A stretch of DNA of 64,000 bases, taken from NCBI GenBank assembly GCA_965369995.1, contig CBDURO010000003.1, forward strand, positions 8,292 through 72,291, written 5' to 3'. Positions 29,458-41,438 of this stretch are shown here, piece after piece. The notes below the pieces were generated by a model. That model searched no databases. It saw only the letters and a program-made list of their open reading frames with translations, and had not been told where the DNA came from. This DNA is from an uncultured bacterium (GTDB lineage Bacteria; Fidelibacterota; Marinisomatia; Marinisomatales; JAHJCW01). Numbering within the stretch: position 1 is the stretch's first letter; each line of letters opens with the position of its first letter. Position numbers and translations under genes: made by a program.

Positions 29458-30717
29458 ATGTTTTCAAAACAATTTCAACATTACTTCACTACAATAATTA
29501 TATTTATTACCACATTATTTTTCTTAGCTTGCAATTCAATTTCCAAAGAGACAGCAGGCAATGAACCAGAAAATTATCTTATACTAATATCGTTTGATGG
29601 TTTCCGGTGGGATTATATGGAAAAAACCGATACACCAAATCTTGATCGCCTCGTTGTAAACGGCGTTAAAGCCGATGCACTAATTCCGGCTTTTCCATCT
29701 AAAACATTTCCAAATCATTATACTATTGTTACCGGACTTTATCCTGAGAATCATGGAATTGTAGCCAACACAATGTATGATCCGGTTTTTGATGCAACGT
29801 TCAGTCTTGGTAACAGAGAGGAAGTACAAAACGGAAGGTGGTGGGGCGGTGAACCGATTTGGGTTACAGCAGAAAAACAAGGACTAAAGACTTTATGTAA
29901 TTTTTGGCCCGGTTCGGAAGCCGAAATACAAGGTGTTAGACCGTCTTTTTGGGTGACATATGACGGTAATGTTCCAAATGAAGAACGTGTTGAAAAAGTA
30001 TTCGAGTATCTCGATAAACCTTCTAAAGAACGTCCTTCATTTTATACAATTTATTTTAGCGACCCCGATGATTATGGTCATCTTGTCGGCCCTGATTCCT
30101 TATCTATTAACATTGCCATTAAAGAGTGTGATGCTCGTATCGGACAATTGATTGCTGGACTTGAACAACGCAATCTATTCGATAAAGTAAATATAATGAT
30201 AGTATCTGATCACGGAATGGCGCAACTAAGTCAGGAACGATTAATATTTCTTGATGATTATTTAGATCCAACGGATTTAAAAATTCCTAATTTGTCACCG
30301 GTAATGGACATTTGGTGCGATGAATCAGAAGTTGATTCAATATTCAATTTAATTAATGAAAAGCATCCACATCTATCTGTCTATAAAAAGCCAGACATTC
30401 CCGAGCGATTACACTATTCCAACAATAGAAGAATTGCACCAATAATTGGCATCATGGATAATGGATGGAGTTTAACTAGTCACGATTATTATGAATCTCA
30501 TCAATCTTACTATAGTGGAGGAACACACGGTTATGATCCTGAGTATTCTGATATGCATGCATTTTTCTTAGCTCATGGCCCGGCTTTCAAATCAGGAATA
30601 ACAGTTCCAGCTTTTGAAAATATTCAACTTTATAATTTAATGACAAAGATTTTTAACATTGAACCTGCTCCCAATGATGGAAATATTGAAATAGTAGAAA
30701 ATGTTTTAGTTCAGTAA
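29458..30717 (+). CDS. ectonucleotide pyrophosphatase/phosphodiesterase (NPP, alkaline-phosphatase superfamily)
   Basis: ISFDGFRWDY, catalytic-Thr context SKTFPNHYTIVTGLYPENHGI, SDHGM, GTHGYDP; ATG at 29458 preferred over TTG at 29383. Confidence 0.88.
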   Translation: MFSKQFQHYFTTIIIFITTLFFLACNSISKETAGNEPENYLILISFDGFRWDYMEKTDTPNLDRLVVNGVKADALIPAFPSKTFPNHYTIVTGLYPENHGIVANTMYDPVFDATFSLGNREEVQNGRWWGGEPIWVTAEKQGLKTLCNFWPGSEAEIQGVRPSFWVTYDGNVPNEERVEKVFEYLDKPSKERPSFYTIYFSDPDDYGHLVGPDSLSINIAIKECDARIGQLIAGLEQRNLFDKVNIMIVSDHGMAQLSQERLIFLDDYLDPTDLKIPNLSPVMDIWCDESEVDSIFNLINEKHPHLSVYKKPDIPERLHYSNNRRIAPIIGIMDNGWSLTSHDYYESHQSYYSGGTHGYDPEYSDMHAFFLAHGPAFKSGITVPAFENIQLYNLMTKIFNIEPAPNDGNIEIVENVLVQ

Positions 30718-30722
30718 ATACA

Positions 30723-30743
30723 CCTGCTAAAATTATTAGCAGG
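30723..30743. terminator. hairpin between convergent NPP and DUF3078 genes
   Basis: CCTGCTAA-AATTA-TTAGCAGG, an 8-bp perfect stem; flanking U-tracts are weak. Confidence 0.4.
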
Positions 30744-30773
30744 CGATCGATTGTTTTAATTTATATATATTAT

Positions 30774-31613
30774 TTAAAGTAGTGTATATGATACCCCAAG
30801 TAACAAAGATTGATTTAGCTGTCTCTTGGTAGATATCTCTTTATCATAAAATAATTTTACGCTAAACTTTACATTAATGTATTTTGTTATCTGTGTTCTT
30901 ATATCTGTATCCCATCTAACATCAGTGGCATCAACACTTGTAAAATTATTAAAAAGATCGATAGTGGAATTTATTAATGTGTTTTCGTTAATTTTCTTTG
31001 AGAAAGAACATACTGCTTCCATACCGGGTTCAATTTTTGTTGTTTCAATTTCTTCTGTTTCGGGATCATCAGCATATGGAGCAGGAAAATCTTTTGTAAT
31101 GGTTTCCTTAACTGCGGCTCCTAAACGGATAGATATTTCTTTAGTAGGAGAATATTGAAATCCTATGCTTTGTGTAAAATAACCGGGGTCTAAAAACCCG
31201 GATACTTGTGTGTTTGAATTTTCATCATATATATATCCGGGAGCAAGTTGTGTTTCACCTTTTAGTGCTAAATACGGATTTGCCATGAACCCCCATAAAT
31301 ATGTTAAAATGCTTTCAACCCGTAATTCATCAATAGTTTTTTTTGTTTCCGCTTCCCCGATTTTTGAATTACCAAATGCTATTTTACCTGTATTTGTCCA
31401 AACATATTTATCACTATTATAGACGAGTTTACCACCTAAATCAAATTGAAGCGCCAATGTGTTTTCACCACCTGTTGCCCAATTGTCAAAGTGAGCTTGG
31501 CTAAAACTAAACGAACCAACTGCCTCTTTTTGCCATGTTGTATCAATTGCTGTCGTGTCCTGTGACATAACAAAAACAGATGATAGTAATATTAAAGTAA
31601 TAATTTTATTCAT
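30774..31613 (-). CDS. DUF3078-family outer-membrane beta-barrel protein
   Basis: Signal peptide; FSFSQAHFDNWATGGENTLAL motif; alternating beta-strand pattern. Confidence 0.7.
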   Translation of the reverse strand: MNKIITLILLSSVFVMSQDTTAIDTTWQKEAVGSFSFSQAHFDNWATGGENTLALQFDLGGKLVYNSDKYVWTNTGKIAFGNSKIGEAETKKTIDELRVESILTYLWGFMANPYLALKGETQLAPGYIYDENSNTQVSGFLDPGYFTQSIGFQYSPTKEISIRLGAAVKETITKDFPAPYADDPETEEIETTKIEPGMEAVCSFSKKINENTLINSTIDLFNNFTSVDATDVRWDTDIRTQITKYINVKFSVKLFYDKEISTKRQLNQSLLLGVSYTLL

Positions 31614-31694
31614 TTTATCCTCAATTGTATTATAAAAGCGTGAAAGTTAAAAAACCCTTGCAACAATATCAATTTGTAACAAAATTTATATGTT

Positions 31695-33893
31695 ATGAAA
31701 ATTGTTATGAAAACAACCTTTGTACTTATACTTTCTTTAATATCGTTTAATTTCGCACAACAAACCATAGAAGGGTATGTAATTGACAGTACAACTACCA
31801 AGCCAATTTATAATGCTAATATAAATCTTGTTTCATCTTCTGAGGGGACCGCATCAAATAAAAATGGATATTTTAACTTTATTACCGATCTTCTATATCC
31901 AATTGAATTACAAATAAGCCATATTGGATATAAACCTAAACAAATTATTATAACTTCTTCCAAAAAGCTACAATTACTGTTAGTACCAAATATCATTACT
32001 AGTGATGCAATTTCAGTTTTTGGTTTCCGTTCGAAAATTGAAAAAGATGTTTCGACCTCTTTTCGAACAATTTCTTCGGCCGAAATGGAACAAATTGGAG
32101 CCAACGATTTAAGTGATGCATTACAAACCATTAGTAGCGCTAAAATTGAACAGTCGTCGGGCGGTAAACAAACAATTAGCATACGTGGTAGTAACGCCAA
32201 TGAGGTATCGGTTTTCCTCGATGGAATACGATTAAATGAAGCAAACAGCGGCATTGCCAATCTAGCAGCAATAGACCAGCAAGATCTTGCATCTATTGAG
32301 GTAATTAAAGGTGGCAATACTTCATTATTTGGATCGGGCGCCATGGGTGGTGTATTAAACTTATCCACTCAATTGCCAGATAGCACAAAATTAAAATTCC
32401 ATCGAGGTTTGGGTATGACGGATGATGAAAACAATGATCTCGGTTTTAGTGCTGCAAGCCGTCTGGGGATCTTTGGCTTAGGTGTAAGATACTCCGGTAA
32501 AGCACGACGTTACCATGGACGTTCAATATATACTACTGTATTCAAAAACCTCTCACTGGTCAGTCGTCCTTCGTGGGGAGAGTTTAATCTAAAAGGTTTT
32601 GAGTTACAAGACTACGTAAAATTCCCAACTAAAGATATAATACAAAACGCAAAAACACGGATGGCAATGTTCCGCTATGTAGGGTCTTTATTTGGTTCTT
32701 CAAATTGGGAAATATTTGTTGGAACTCGCAATTGGAATTGGTATGATGAGTTTTTTACCAATGTGATTAGAGATATAGAGGATAAGAACTCATCGACGAG
32801 AATTAGTCGTAGTTTCACATATAATAATTTGAATGCTATAGTGCAATTTGGCTTTGAAGACCAACTCTATAGTGGAGAAAATCAATATATGTATAACATG
32901 TATTCAGTGTCCGATACTGGAATACTTAATCGGCAAACTGCCGATATAGCCACTGTTCTACATTGGATAAGCTTTATAGATCATCCTTCATTAAAACGCA
33001 TACATTGGGAATTTGGTTCTCGCTGGGAGAATATTTCAACTAATCACAACCAAGAATTTGAATTGACTAATGGTACATCTATTAACTATATCCCCGCAGA
33101 CATTGATACCTCGCATGGCGCTAATTTACACAGTATTAAGTTTGGCTCAAGCTTACATGGTGGTAATAGCGGCTTTCGTTATCAAGTATATTTTAACCAA
33201 GGAAATAGCAAGCGACTACCAACATTAAATGATTTATTCCTATGGAGAAATAATATAGATATTTCCTCTAAAGAAATTTTATTGCCAGAAAGTCAATCGA
33301 CAACTGAAATTGGTTTTCAGATTGTTAAATCAAATTTTGTTCAAACCACTCAAATAAACGAACTATCATTATTTGGAAGCGTTTTTCTAAACAATTATGG
33401 AAATAAAATTGCGTACTATGTCGTGGAAGAATCAAAACTACTTCCTTTCAATACTGATTTATCTAGTATTTTTGGATATGAAATAGGATTTAGTTCTTCT
33501 CTTTGGCAAAATCACATCTTTATTAGATCCGGATATCAGAATTTAGATATAGACAATCCTATTGTTTTCCCAAATAAACCAAAATCACGATTAACATTTC
33601 ACGGTGAGTTCAAGTATAATTGGCTTTCATTTAGTTATGATTATTTCAGAGAAGGAGAAAAATTTGTTTTATATAATGGATTTGTCGGTCGTTCTTACCT
33701 CGGTTACGAATCTGCAAATTTATCAATTATTCTTAGGTTTAAAATATGGAAGGTAAAAACATCTTTACATTATGTAATTCATAATCTTTTTTCTAATGAA
33801 CCTGTTTTAGCTGCTTCTGATCAGTCTTATTTAACACCCTTTAATTTTTTCGACATTCACAGAGAAATCTTATCCCTCAAATTAGAGTTATGA
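31695..33893 (+). CDS. TonB-dependent receptor with N-terminal CarboxypepD_reg-like domain
   Basis: IEGYVIDSTTTKPIYNANINL..GTASNKNGYFNF (carboxypeptidase-regulatory fold); plug region (ISIRGSNANEVSVFLDGIRLN, IEVIKGGNTSLFGSGAMGGVLN); long beta-barrel. Confidence 0.85.
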   Translation: MKIVMKTTFVLILSLISFNFAQQTIEGYVIDSTTTKPIYNANINLVSSSEGTASNKNGYFNFITDLLYPIELQISHIGYKPKQIIITSSKKLQLLLVPNIITSDAISVFGFRSKIEKDVSTSFRTISSAEMEQIGANDLSDALQTISSAKIEQSSGGKQTISIRGSNANEVSVFLDGIRLNEANSGIANLAAIDQQDLASIEVIKGGNTSLFGSGAMGGVLNLSTQLPDSTKLKFHRGLGMTDDENNDLGFSAASRLGIFGLGVRYSGKARRYHGRSIYTTVFKNLSLVSRPSWGEFNLKGFELQDYVKFPTKDIIQNAKTRMAMFRYVGSLFGSSNWEIFVGTRNWNWYDEFFTNVIRDIEDKNSSTRISRSFTYNNLNAIVQFGFEDQLYSGENQYMYNMYSVSDTGILNRQTADIATVLHWISFIDHPSLKRIHWEFGSRWENISTNHNQEFELTNGTSINYIPADIDTSHGANLHSIKFGSSLHGGNSGFRYQVYFNQGNSKRLPTLNDLFLWRNNIDISSKEILLPESQSTTEIGFQIVKSNFVQTTQINELSLFGSVFLNNYGNKIAYYVVEESKLLPFNTDLSSIFGYEIGFSSSLWQNHIFIRSGYQNLDIDNPIVFPNKPKSRLTFHGEFKYNWLSFSYDYFREGEKFVLYNGFVGRSYLGYESANLSIILRFKIWKVKTSLHYVIHNLFSNEPVLAASDQSYLTPFNFFDIHREILSLKLEL

Positions 33894-35143
33894 ATACTAA
33901 AATTATACTTGTTGCAATAATAACATGTTGTGTTTATATGGCTTGCAATTCTCCACTTGACACAACTCCAACAAATTCTGATGATGTTCTTCAATTAAAA
34001 GCTGATTATAATAAAAATAAAAGAATAATCGATACTCTCATAGTAAAATTAAGTTGGTCTGAAATTACTCTTGAAAATTTCAAAGAAATTAAAATTACTA
34101 GATTTAATGAACACCGAGACCCTGAATCATACCCTAAAGGAACAGCAGAAAATGGCTGGCTAACCTTAGCAACCATCGCTGATGAATTTAAAACCTCATG
34201 GATTGATACAGTTGAGGATGATGCAGTTTTTAAATATCGTGTCGAGTTTTATAATCAAGACAATGATTTTAAAAGAGCAGAAACAACGGTTTACCCTCGA
34301 CCAACAACTCATTTTAATGTACCGTCTGATATCGAAGATATAAAAACTGCAGTCGAATCTTATATTATGGACGATGGTGATACGGTTTTCGTCCTTGGTG
34401 GAACATACTACGTCAAATCCTTTTCATTTAAAAATAAATACTTATTACTTACGAAAGCTGATACTTCCGGCACTCCTATAATTAAATGGGAACCTACTTT
34501 ATATCATACCGGGGATATCCTTCCTGACTCCAGTTTTATACATATGAACAACGGAACCATACAGGGATTTATAATAGAGGGTGGTGTAGCAAAATTTGGT
34601 GGAGGGGTATTAGCAGAGGGAAATGCTCAAATAGTTAACTGTGGTATTTTTAACAATAATGCAAACTATAGAATTGGGGACGGTGGTGGTATATATCTCT
34701 CGGGTAATGCCAGTATTTATAATAGCATTATTCTAAATAATCATGCTGCAAACTTGGGTGAAGGAATTTTTATTAATGATCTTGCTCAAAATGTGAATAT
34801 TATAAATTGTACTATAGTCAATAATAATGTTTATTCTGAATCGCCCAATGTCCAAATTATCAACTCAATACTATGGAAAAGCTATTTACCCCTGGACCCT
34901 TATCCAACTGTAATATATTCATATGCAGGTCAACACTGGTTTGATCAAGATTCAACAAATTTATTAGGTAATGTTTTTTTCGTTAATCCTGAAAGTGATT
35001 TTCATCTTTTGCCGGGTTCTATAGGTCTTGACGGTGGAAATCCTGATCCTTCTTTTAACGACATTGATGGTACTCGCAATGATATTGGAGCCTATGGTGG
35101 TCCTTTGGGTAATTGGGATTTTGATTTTTCTGATTTGTTATAA
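33890..35143 (+). CDS. lipoprotein with Fn3/Ig-like N-domain and right-handed beta-helix repeats
   Basis: Lipobox-like VYMACN; repeat pattern GGVLAEGNAQIVNCGIFNNNA / GGGIYLSGNASIYNSIILNNHA / GEGIFINDLAQNVNIINCTIVNNN; C-terminal DIDGTRNDIGAYGGP; 4-nt overlap with the receptor gene. Confidence 0.6.
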   Translation: MNTKIILVAIITCCVYMACNSPLDTTPTNSDDVLQLKADYNKNKRIIDTLIVKLSWSEITLENFKEIKITRFNEHRDPESYPKGTAENGWLTLATIADEFKTSWIDTVEDDAVFKYRVEFYNQDNDFKRAETTVYPRPTTHFNVPSDIEDIKTAVESYIMDDGDTVFVLGGTYYVKSFSFKNKYLLLTKADTSGTPIIKWEPTLYHTGDILPDSSFIHMNNGTIQGFIIEGGVAKFGGGVLAEGNAQIVNCGIFNNNANYRIGDGGGIYLSGNASIYNSIILNNHAANLGEGIFINDLAQNVNIINCTIVNNNVYSESPNVQIINSILWKSYLPLDPYPTVIYSYAGQHWFDQDSTNLLGNVFFVNPESDFHLLPGSIGLDGGNPDPSFNDIDGTRNDIGAYGGPLGNWDFDFSDLL

Positions 35144-35156
35144 GAGCCGAATATTT

Positions 35157-35810
35157 TTAAACTATTTCGGTTACTTCCTCAAAACTCTTCTTTGAAATAA
35201 ACGGTACTTTGGCATCTTCAGCAGGATATCCTACCGGAAGCAACAAAAATGGTTTTTCATTCTTGGGGCGACTTAATATTTCTTGTAAGAACCCCATTGG
35301 GCTTGGTGTATGTGTTAATGTAACCAATCCTGCTTTATGAATGGCAGTGATCAACATTCCGCATGCGATACCAACCGATTCATTTACATAATAGTGCTTG
35401 CTCGGTGGATTAGTTTCTAAATCATAAGAGATTTTAAAGACTACAATAAGATACGGTGCCTTTTCTAAAAACTCTTTATACTCATTCGTTTCAAACACTT
35501 CTAAATCTTTAAGCCAAGCTTCGCTTGCTCGGTTTGCATAAAATTCCTTTTCTTCTTTTTCAGCGGCAATTCTTATTTTTCTTTTTATCTCTGCATTTTG
35601 TACAATTATAAATTTCCATGGTTGTTTATTGGCGCCCGAAGGCGCAGACGAAGCAGTCATTACTATATTTTTTATTGCTTCTATAGGAACATATCTATCT
35701 GAAAATTGCCTAACTGAGCGTCTACTTTTCATTTCATTCAAGAAATGCTGTGAGCTTGATATTACATCTTTTTCAGAAACTACTTTATGCTTCAATTTGG
35801 TAAGTGTCAC
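35157..35810 (-). CDS. nitroreductase-superfamily flavoprotein, iodotyrosine-deiodinase (IYD)-like subgroup
   Basis: RRSVRQFS..VP, APSGANKQPWKFIIVQN, KEEKEFY, APYLIVVFK, HYYVNESVGIACGMLITAIHKAGLVTLTHTP and LLLPVGYP track human IYD by eye along the whole length. Confidence 0.7.
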   Translation of the reverse strand: MTLTKLKHKVVSEKDVISSSQHFLNEMKSRRSVRQFSDRYVPIEAIKNIVMTASSAPSGANKQPWKFIIVQNAEIKRKIRIAAEKEEKEFYANRASEAWLKDLEVFETNEYKEFLEKAPYLIVVFKISYDLETNPPSKHYYVNESVGIACGMLITAIHKAGLVTLTHTPSPMGFLQEILSRPKNEKPFLLLPVGYPAEDAKVPFISKKSFEEVTEIV

Positions 35811-35843
35811 AATTGTCCTTTTTATTGTATAATTTAATATAAT

Positions 35844-35868
35844 AAAAAAGCCCCCCGCTTAGCGGGAG
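35844..35868 (-). terminator. Rho-independent terminator of the FadL-like porin gene
   Basis: Minus strand reads CUCCCGC-UAA-GCGGGGG (7 bp including one G-U) followed by CUUUUUU. Confidence 0.7.
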
Positions 35869-35896
35869 ACTTTTTATTCATTTATTTAGTAATAAT

Positions 35897-37537
35897 CTAC
35901 CGGCTAAAACCAATACCTAGAGCAAAAACAAGAGCTGATTTGTCGTAAGTTTCGTTACCAACAAATGGTCCTCGATAGTTTACACCATCATTTTCTATAA
36001 CATCATAAATAGTAGAAGAAACACCTAAAGATATATACAGATTTGGGTTTACATAATATCTTCCACCGGCACCAATCGTATAGGTGTCAAATGTATGGCT
36101 CAAATCTGTACCATAACCCTTAAGCGCTCCACCCTTGGAATTTAGGTAACCGGCGCTTAAACGTAATGCATCGCTTACAGCGAAGTCTAAACCAACGCCA
36201 ATTTCCATGCCATTTTCAAGAAACTCTTCTCTTCCGTCCCAATTTACATCTTCATTAAAATAGTAATTAAAATCTGCGACAACACGTAAGCTTGGCATTA
36301 CTTTATAACCAATACCTACACCTAACATTGCAGGCATATCAGCATTTGTTTCGGCTCCATCCGGGAATAAGCCGGAACCATCTACTACTGTTTCGTTGGT
36401 CAATGTCATTGCTGCTTTTCCTTCATAACGCAGACCTATATCCAAACCTTCCATCGGCGTTAAATATAATCCAAAAATTGGCGCGAATCCTGAACCGGTT
36501 TGTTCAGCATCAACTTCAATATCCTGAGAAGCATCAGCGTTGGCCGACATCACACCGGCATTTGCTGATAATTCTGCTGCATAATTAGTTAAATAAGCAG
36601 CACTACCATTGAAAAATGCCTGTATTCCCGCGGGAGTATCTGTACTCGAATCAAATGTGCCACCCAATGCCACAACGCCGGCCCCTATACCATCAACTGT
36701 GGCTTGATCAAGCATTTGTGCACCAATTAATTGATCAAACGTATATGCTCCAGCACCACCATCAATCAACGGTTGCAATCCGGCTGCACCGGCTTGTGCT
36801 GCTGCTGCTCCGCCAAGAGCTAGGGCTGCACCGGCAGTTAAGGCACCTGCCATTGTATTAAAGAATTCCGGAGCAGATACCATGCTACCATTGTATCCTA
36901 CGGTAGGAACTGTGGGATTAATCATAATATCACTAAGATGTCCTTTATAAGTATTCTTAGCAGTAAAATAGCGTGCACCACCAGCTACAGAAATCATATC
37001 ATTTATTTTATACGATACAACTGCTTGTCCACCTATATATAATGAAGAACCATCAAAGGCAACATCCACACTATATTTGTCAGTTGGGATTCCTGAAGCT
37101 GTTAATCCAGCAGGAATCAACGATGCAGGTACCTCAAAGGAGGGTAAACCATCATCAAATACTGCGCTGCCACCACCACCAATCGGAACCAAGCCAGCAC
37201 CTATAGCCAAATTTCCTTTTTTATATGCAACATAAAAATTGGGGAAAACCGGGACAAATGTTGTTCCTTCAAATGTATCATTATTTAACATTGGTACATT
37301 GCTTGTTATTGTTCTATCCTGAAATATAGTTTGACTGCTCAAATAGAAACTTAGTCCGCAATTCAGTTGCGTAAGCGCTGCCGGGTTAAAATAAACGGCA
37401 TCAACATCCGTAGACGCGTTGCGATTCATCAGACGGATAAAATCCGCACTTTGGTTTGTATTGGTTACTATTCCACCAGCCAAAGCAAAACTGACAAGCA
37501 GTAAACCAATTACAAAAATGGTACCTGTTTTTCTCAT
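35897..37537 (-). CDS. outer-membrane beta-barrel channel, FadL/TodX (OmpP1)-like
   Basis: Signal peptide; N-terminal NASTDVDAVYFNPAAL motif; Gly/Ala-rich strands over 546 aa; family assignment is tentative. Confidence 0.5.
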   Translation of the reverse strand: MRKTGTIFVIGLLLVSFALAGGIVTNTNQSADFIRLMNRNASTDVDAVYFNPAALTQLNCGLSFYLSSQTIFQDRTITSNVPMLNNDTFEGTTFVPVFPNFYVAYKKGNLAIGAGLVPIGGGGSAVFDDGLPSFEVPASLIPAGLTASGIPTDKYSVDVAFDGSSLYIGGQAVVSYKINDMISVAGGARYFTAKNTYKGHLSDIMINPTVPTVGYNGSMVSAPEFFNTMAGALTAGAALALGGAAAAQAGAAGLQPLIDGGAGAYTFDQLIGAQMLDQATVDGIGAGVVALGGTFDSSTDTPAGIQAFFNGSAAYLTNYAAELSANAGVMSANADASQDIEVDAEQTGSGFAPIFGLYLTPMEGLDIGLRYEGKAAMTLTNETVVDGSGLFPDGAETNADMPAMLGVGIGYKVMPSLRVVADFNYYFNEDVNWDGREEFLENGMEIGVGLDFAVSDALRLSAGYLNSKGGALKGYGTDLSHTFDTYTIGAGGRYYVNPNLYISLGVSSTIYDVIENDGVNYRGPFVGNETYDKSALVFALGIGFSR

Positions 37538-37747
37538 TTTCTTTTTCCTCTTTTGTTAATAATAAATCCTTTTATCTTTAATAATGCCTCTCCTAGAAAC
37601 ATAAAAGACTAATAAATCTAATTATTTGGATTCTTAATAGCAAAGATTAATTATTTAGCAATTTCATCCATCAAAATATTGTTAATTATCTATTTTGTAG
37701 CTTTGAAATATTACTTTTGTCATTGTAACCTCACTTACTTTATTTGA

Positions 37748-39097
<1,350 letters not shown>

Positions 39098-39098
39098 A

Positions 39099-41438
39099 AT
39101 GGCATTCACAAAAGAAATCATCGATTTCTCAAACCTAAACAGGGATGAGATTCGCGAGCGCCTTAGTGAATTAAACATACCGCTAACCGTTAATGAAGCT
39201 TTAAAAATTCAAAATGATATGCTTGGCAGAGCGCCATCACTTGCGGAATTGGTATTGTTTTCAATCGAGGGTTCCGAACATTGTTCTTATAAAAGCAGCC
39301 GTAATCATTTGAAGCAGTTTATAACAGATGGTCCAAATGTAATATTAGGCGCAAAAGAAGATGCAGGTGTCGTTGCTGTTGCAAGCGATAAAGAAGGTCA
39401 TCGCTATTGTGTAGTTATAAGTCACGAATCACATAATCATCCATCACAAATTGTGCCATATGAAGGTGCTGCAACTGGCATTGGCGGAAACGTTCGTGAT
39501 GTAGCATGTATGGGTGCGGAGGTCATCGCTTTAGGGGACGGTTTACGCTTTGGCGATATAAAATCGAGTAAAAGTCTTTGGATTCATGAGGGTGTGGTTG
39601 ATGGAATTGCCGGCTATGGAAATCCGCTTGGCATTCCCAATATCGGCGGCGATTTATATTACGATGAGGGATATAACGAAAATTGTTTGGTAACTATTGT
39701 GACTCTCGGCATTGTTCGTGAAGATGAAATTTTACATTCTTACGCTCCAAAAGACGCAGTAGGGCATGACATAATTTTAATCGGCAAGCCGACCGATAAC
39801 AGCGGTTTTGGAGGGGCAAGTTTTGCTTCACTTGAATTAGAAGAAGAGAAAAAAGAACAAAACAAGGGTGCTGTTCAAGAGCCTAACGCATTCTTAGAAA
39901 GACATATTCTCAAAGCGTCATATTCTTTATTTAAATTGCTAAAAGATAAAGGGCTTATTGACAAAGTTGGTTTTAAAGATTTGGGTGCCGGTGGTGTGGC
40001 TTGTGCAAGTGTAGAACTCGCAGAAACATCCGGATACGGTGCCGAAATTTGGTTAGATAAAGTACATATAAGTATGGACAATCTACATCCTTCGGTAATT
40101 CTTTGTTCAGAAACACAAGAACGGTTTATGTGGATATCACCTCCCGATATAACTCCAATTGTTTTAAATCATTATAATAAAATATTTGATTTTCCCGGCG
40201 TTTCTTCTTTAGCACAGGCACGTATTATCGGAAAAATCCGTGATGATAATCAGTATATAGTTCATTATAATAGTGAAGAAATTGTTAACGCTCCCGCTAC
40301 TGAGGTAACACGTGGGTTTGTATATAACCGTCCTTTTAAAAAGCCAAAAAATAATTTTTACGAACCACAATTATCTGAACCGAAAGATTACAATAAAATA
40401 TTATTAGATCTTTTGGAACACGAAAATATCGCATCGCGTGAAGCGATTTTTGAAACTTATGACAAACAAGTTCAGGGTCGTACAAAAATTGAAGCCGGCA
40501 ATGCCGATGCCGGCGTAATAGCACCTTTCAACAGTGATAATTATCCTGAAGAAATTAGAAACGTTGGAATTGCGTTTTCCACAGACCATAATCCGCGCTA
40601 CGGCAAAATTGATCCCTATTGGGCAGCGGTTAATGCAGTAGCAGAATCAATGCGAAATGTAGCAGCAGTTGGTACTACACCGATTGCTATGACAGATTGC
40701 CTGTGTTTTGGAAATCCGGAAAAACCGGAACAAATGTGGGAATTTGCCGAAGCCACACGAGGCGTTGCGGAAGCTTGTAAAAATATACATTTAAAAGAAT
40801 ATCCTAAATCCGCTACGCCAATTGTTGCCGGCAATGTAAGTTTTTATAATGAAACTAAAAGCGGGGCGATTCCGGCAAGTCCCATCATAAGCTGTACAGG
40901 AAAAATTAATAACGTAAACTACGCGATTACTTCAGATTTTAAAAAACCTGATTCAGAAATATATTTAATTGGTGAACGGAAAAACGAGTGTGGCGGAAGT
41001 GTCTATTATTCTCTCTTTAATGAATTAGGAAAAAATTTGCCAAGGCCATCGTTTAAAGAAGTTGAAACGCAAATTTTTTCTGTTACCAATATAATTGAAA
41101 ATAAATTAGCTTTGACTGCTCATGATATCAGCGAGGGTGGTATCGCAGTCGCGATTGCTGAAATGTGTTTTAAAAATACTATCGGATGTGATGTGATTAT
41201 TCCTGGCCAATTAAGAACCGATACACTACTATTTTCTGAGACCGGGGGATTCATTTTAGAAATTGCCAAACAAAATTCTATCAAAGTAGAGAAACTTTTA
41301 AATAATCATTCTTGTGAATATTTTAAAATTGGCAGGACAATATCTAATAAAGTAATTAATATCAATAATGTTATTAGTATCGCGATTAGTGAAGCAAAAA
41401 ACGCATGGCAAAATGGCTTGAGAGATAAGTTATTATGA
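39099..41438 (+). CDS. purL: phosphoribosylformylglycinamidine synthase subunit PurL (small type)
   Basis: 779 aa; EHCSYKSS, ESHNHPS, duplicated AIR-synthase-related domains. Confidence 0.95.
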   Translation: MAFTKEIIDFSNLNRDEIRERLSELNIPLTVNEALKIQNDMLGRAPSLAELVLFSIEGSEHCSYKSSRNHLKQFITDGPNVILGAKEDAGVVAVASDKEGHRYCVVISHESHNHPSQIVPYEGAATGIGGNVRDVACMGAEVIALGDGLRFGDIKSSKSLWIHEGVVDGIAGYGNPLGIPNIGGDLYYDEGYNENCLVTIVTLGIVREDEILHSYAPKDAVGHDIILIGKPTDNSGFGGASFASLELEEEKKEQNKGAVQEPNAFLERHILKASYSLFKLLKDKGLIDKVGFKDLGAGGVACASVELAETSGYGAEIWLDKVHISMDNLHPSVILCSETQERFMWISPPDITPIVLNHYNKIFDFPGVSSLAQARIIGKIRDDNQYIVHYNSEEIVNAPATEVTRGFVYNRPFKKPKNNFYEPQLSEPKDYNKILLDLLEHENIASREAIFETYDKQVQGRTKIEAGNADAGVIAPFNSDNYPEEIRNVGIAFSTDHNPRYGKIDPYWAAVNAVAESMRNVAAVGTTPIAMTDCLCFGNPEKPEQMWEFAEATRGVAEACKNIHLKEYPKSATPIVAGNVSFYNETKSGAIPASPIISCTGKINNVNYAITSDFKKPDSEIYLIGERKNECGGSVYYSLFNELGKNLPRPSFKEVETQIFSVTNIIENKLALTAHDISEGGIAVAIAEMCFKNTIGCDVIIPGQLRTDTLLFSETGGFILEIAKQNSIKVEKLLNNHSCEYFKIGRTISNKVININNVISIAISEAKNAWQNGLRDKLL

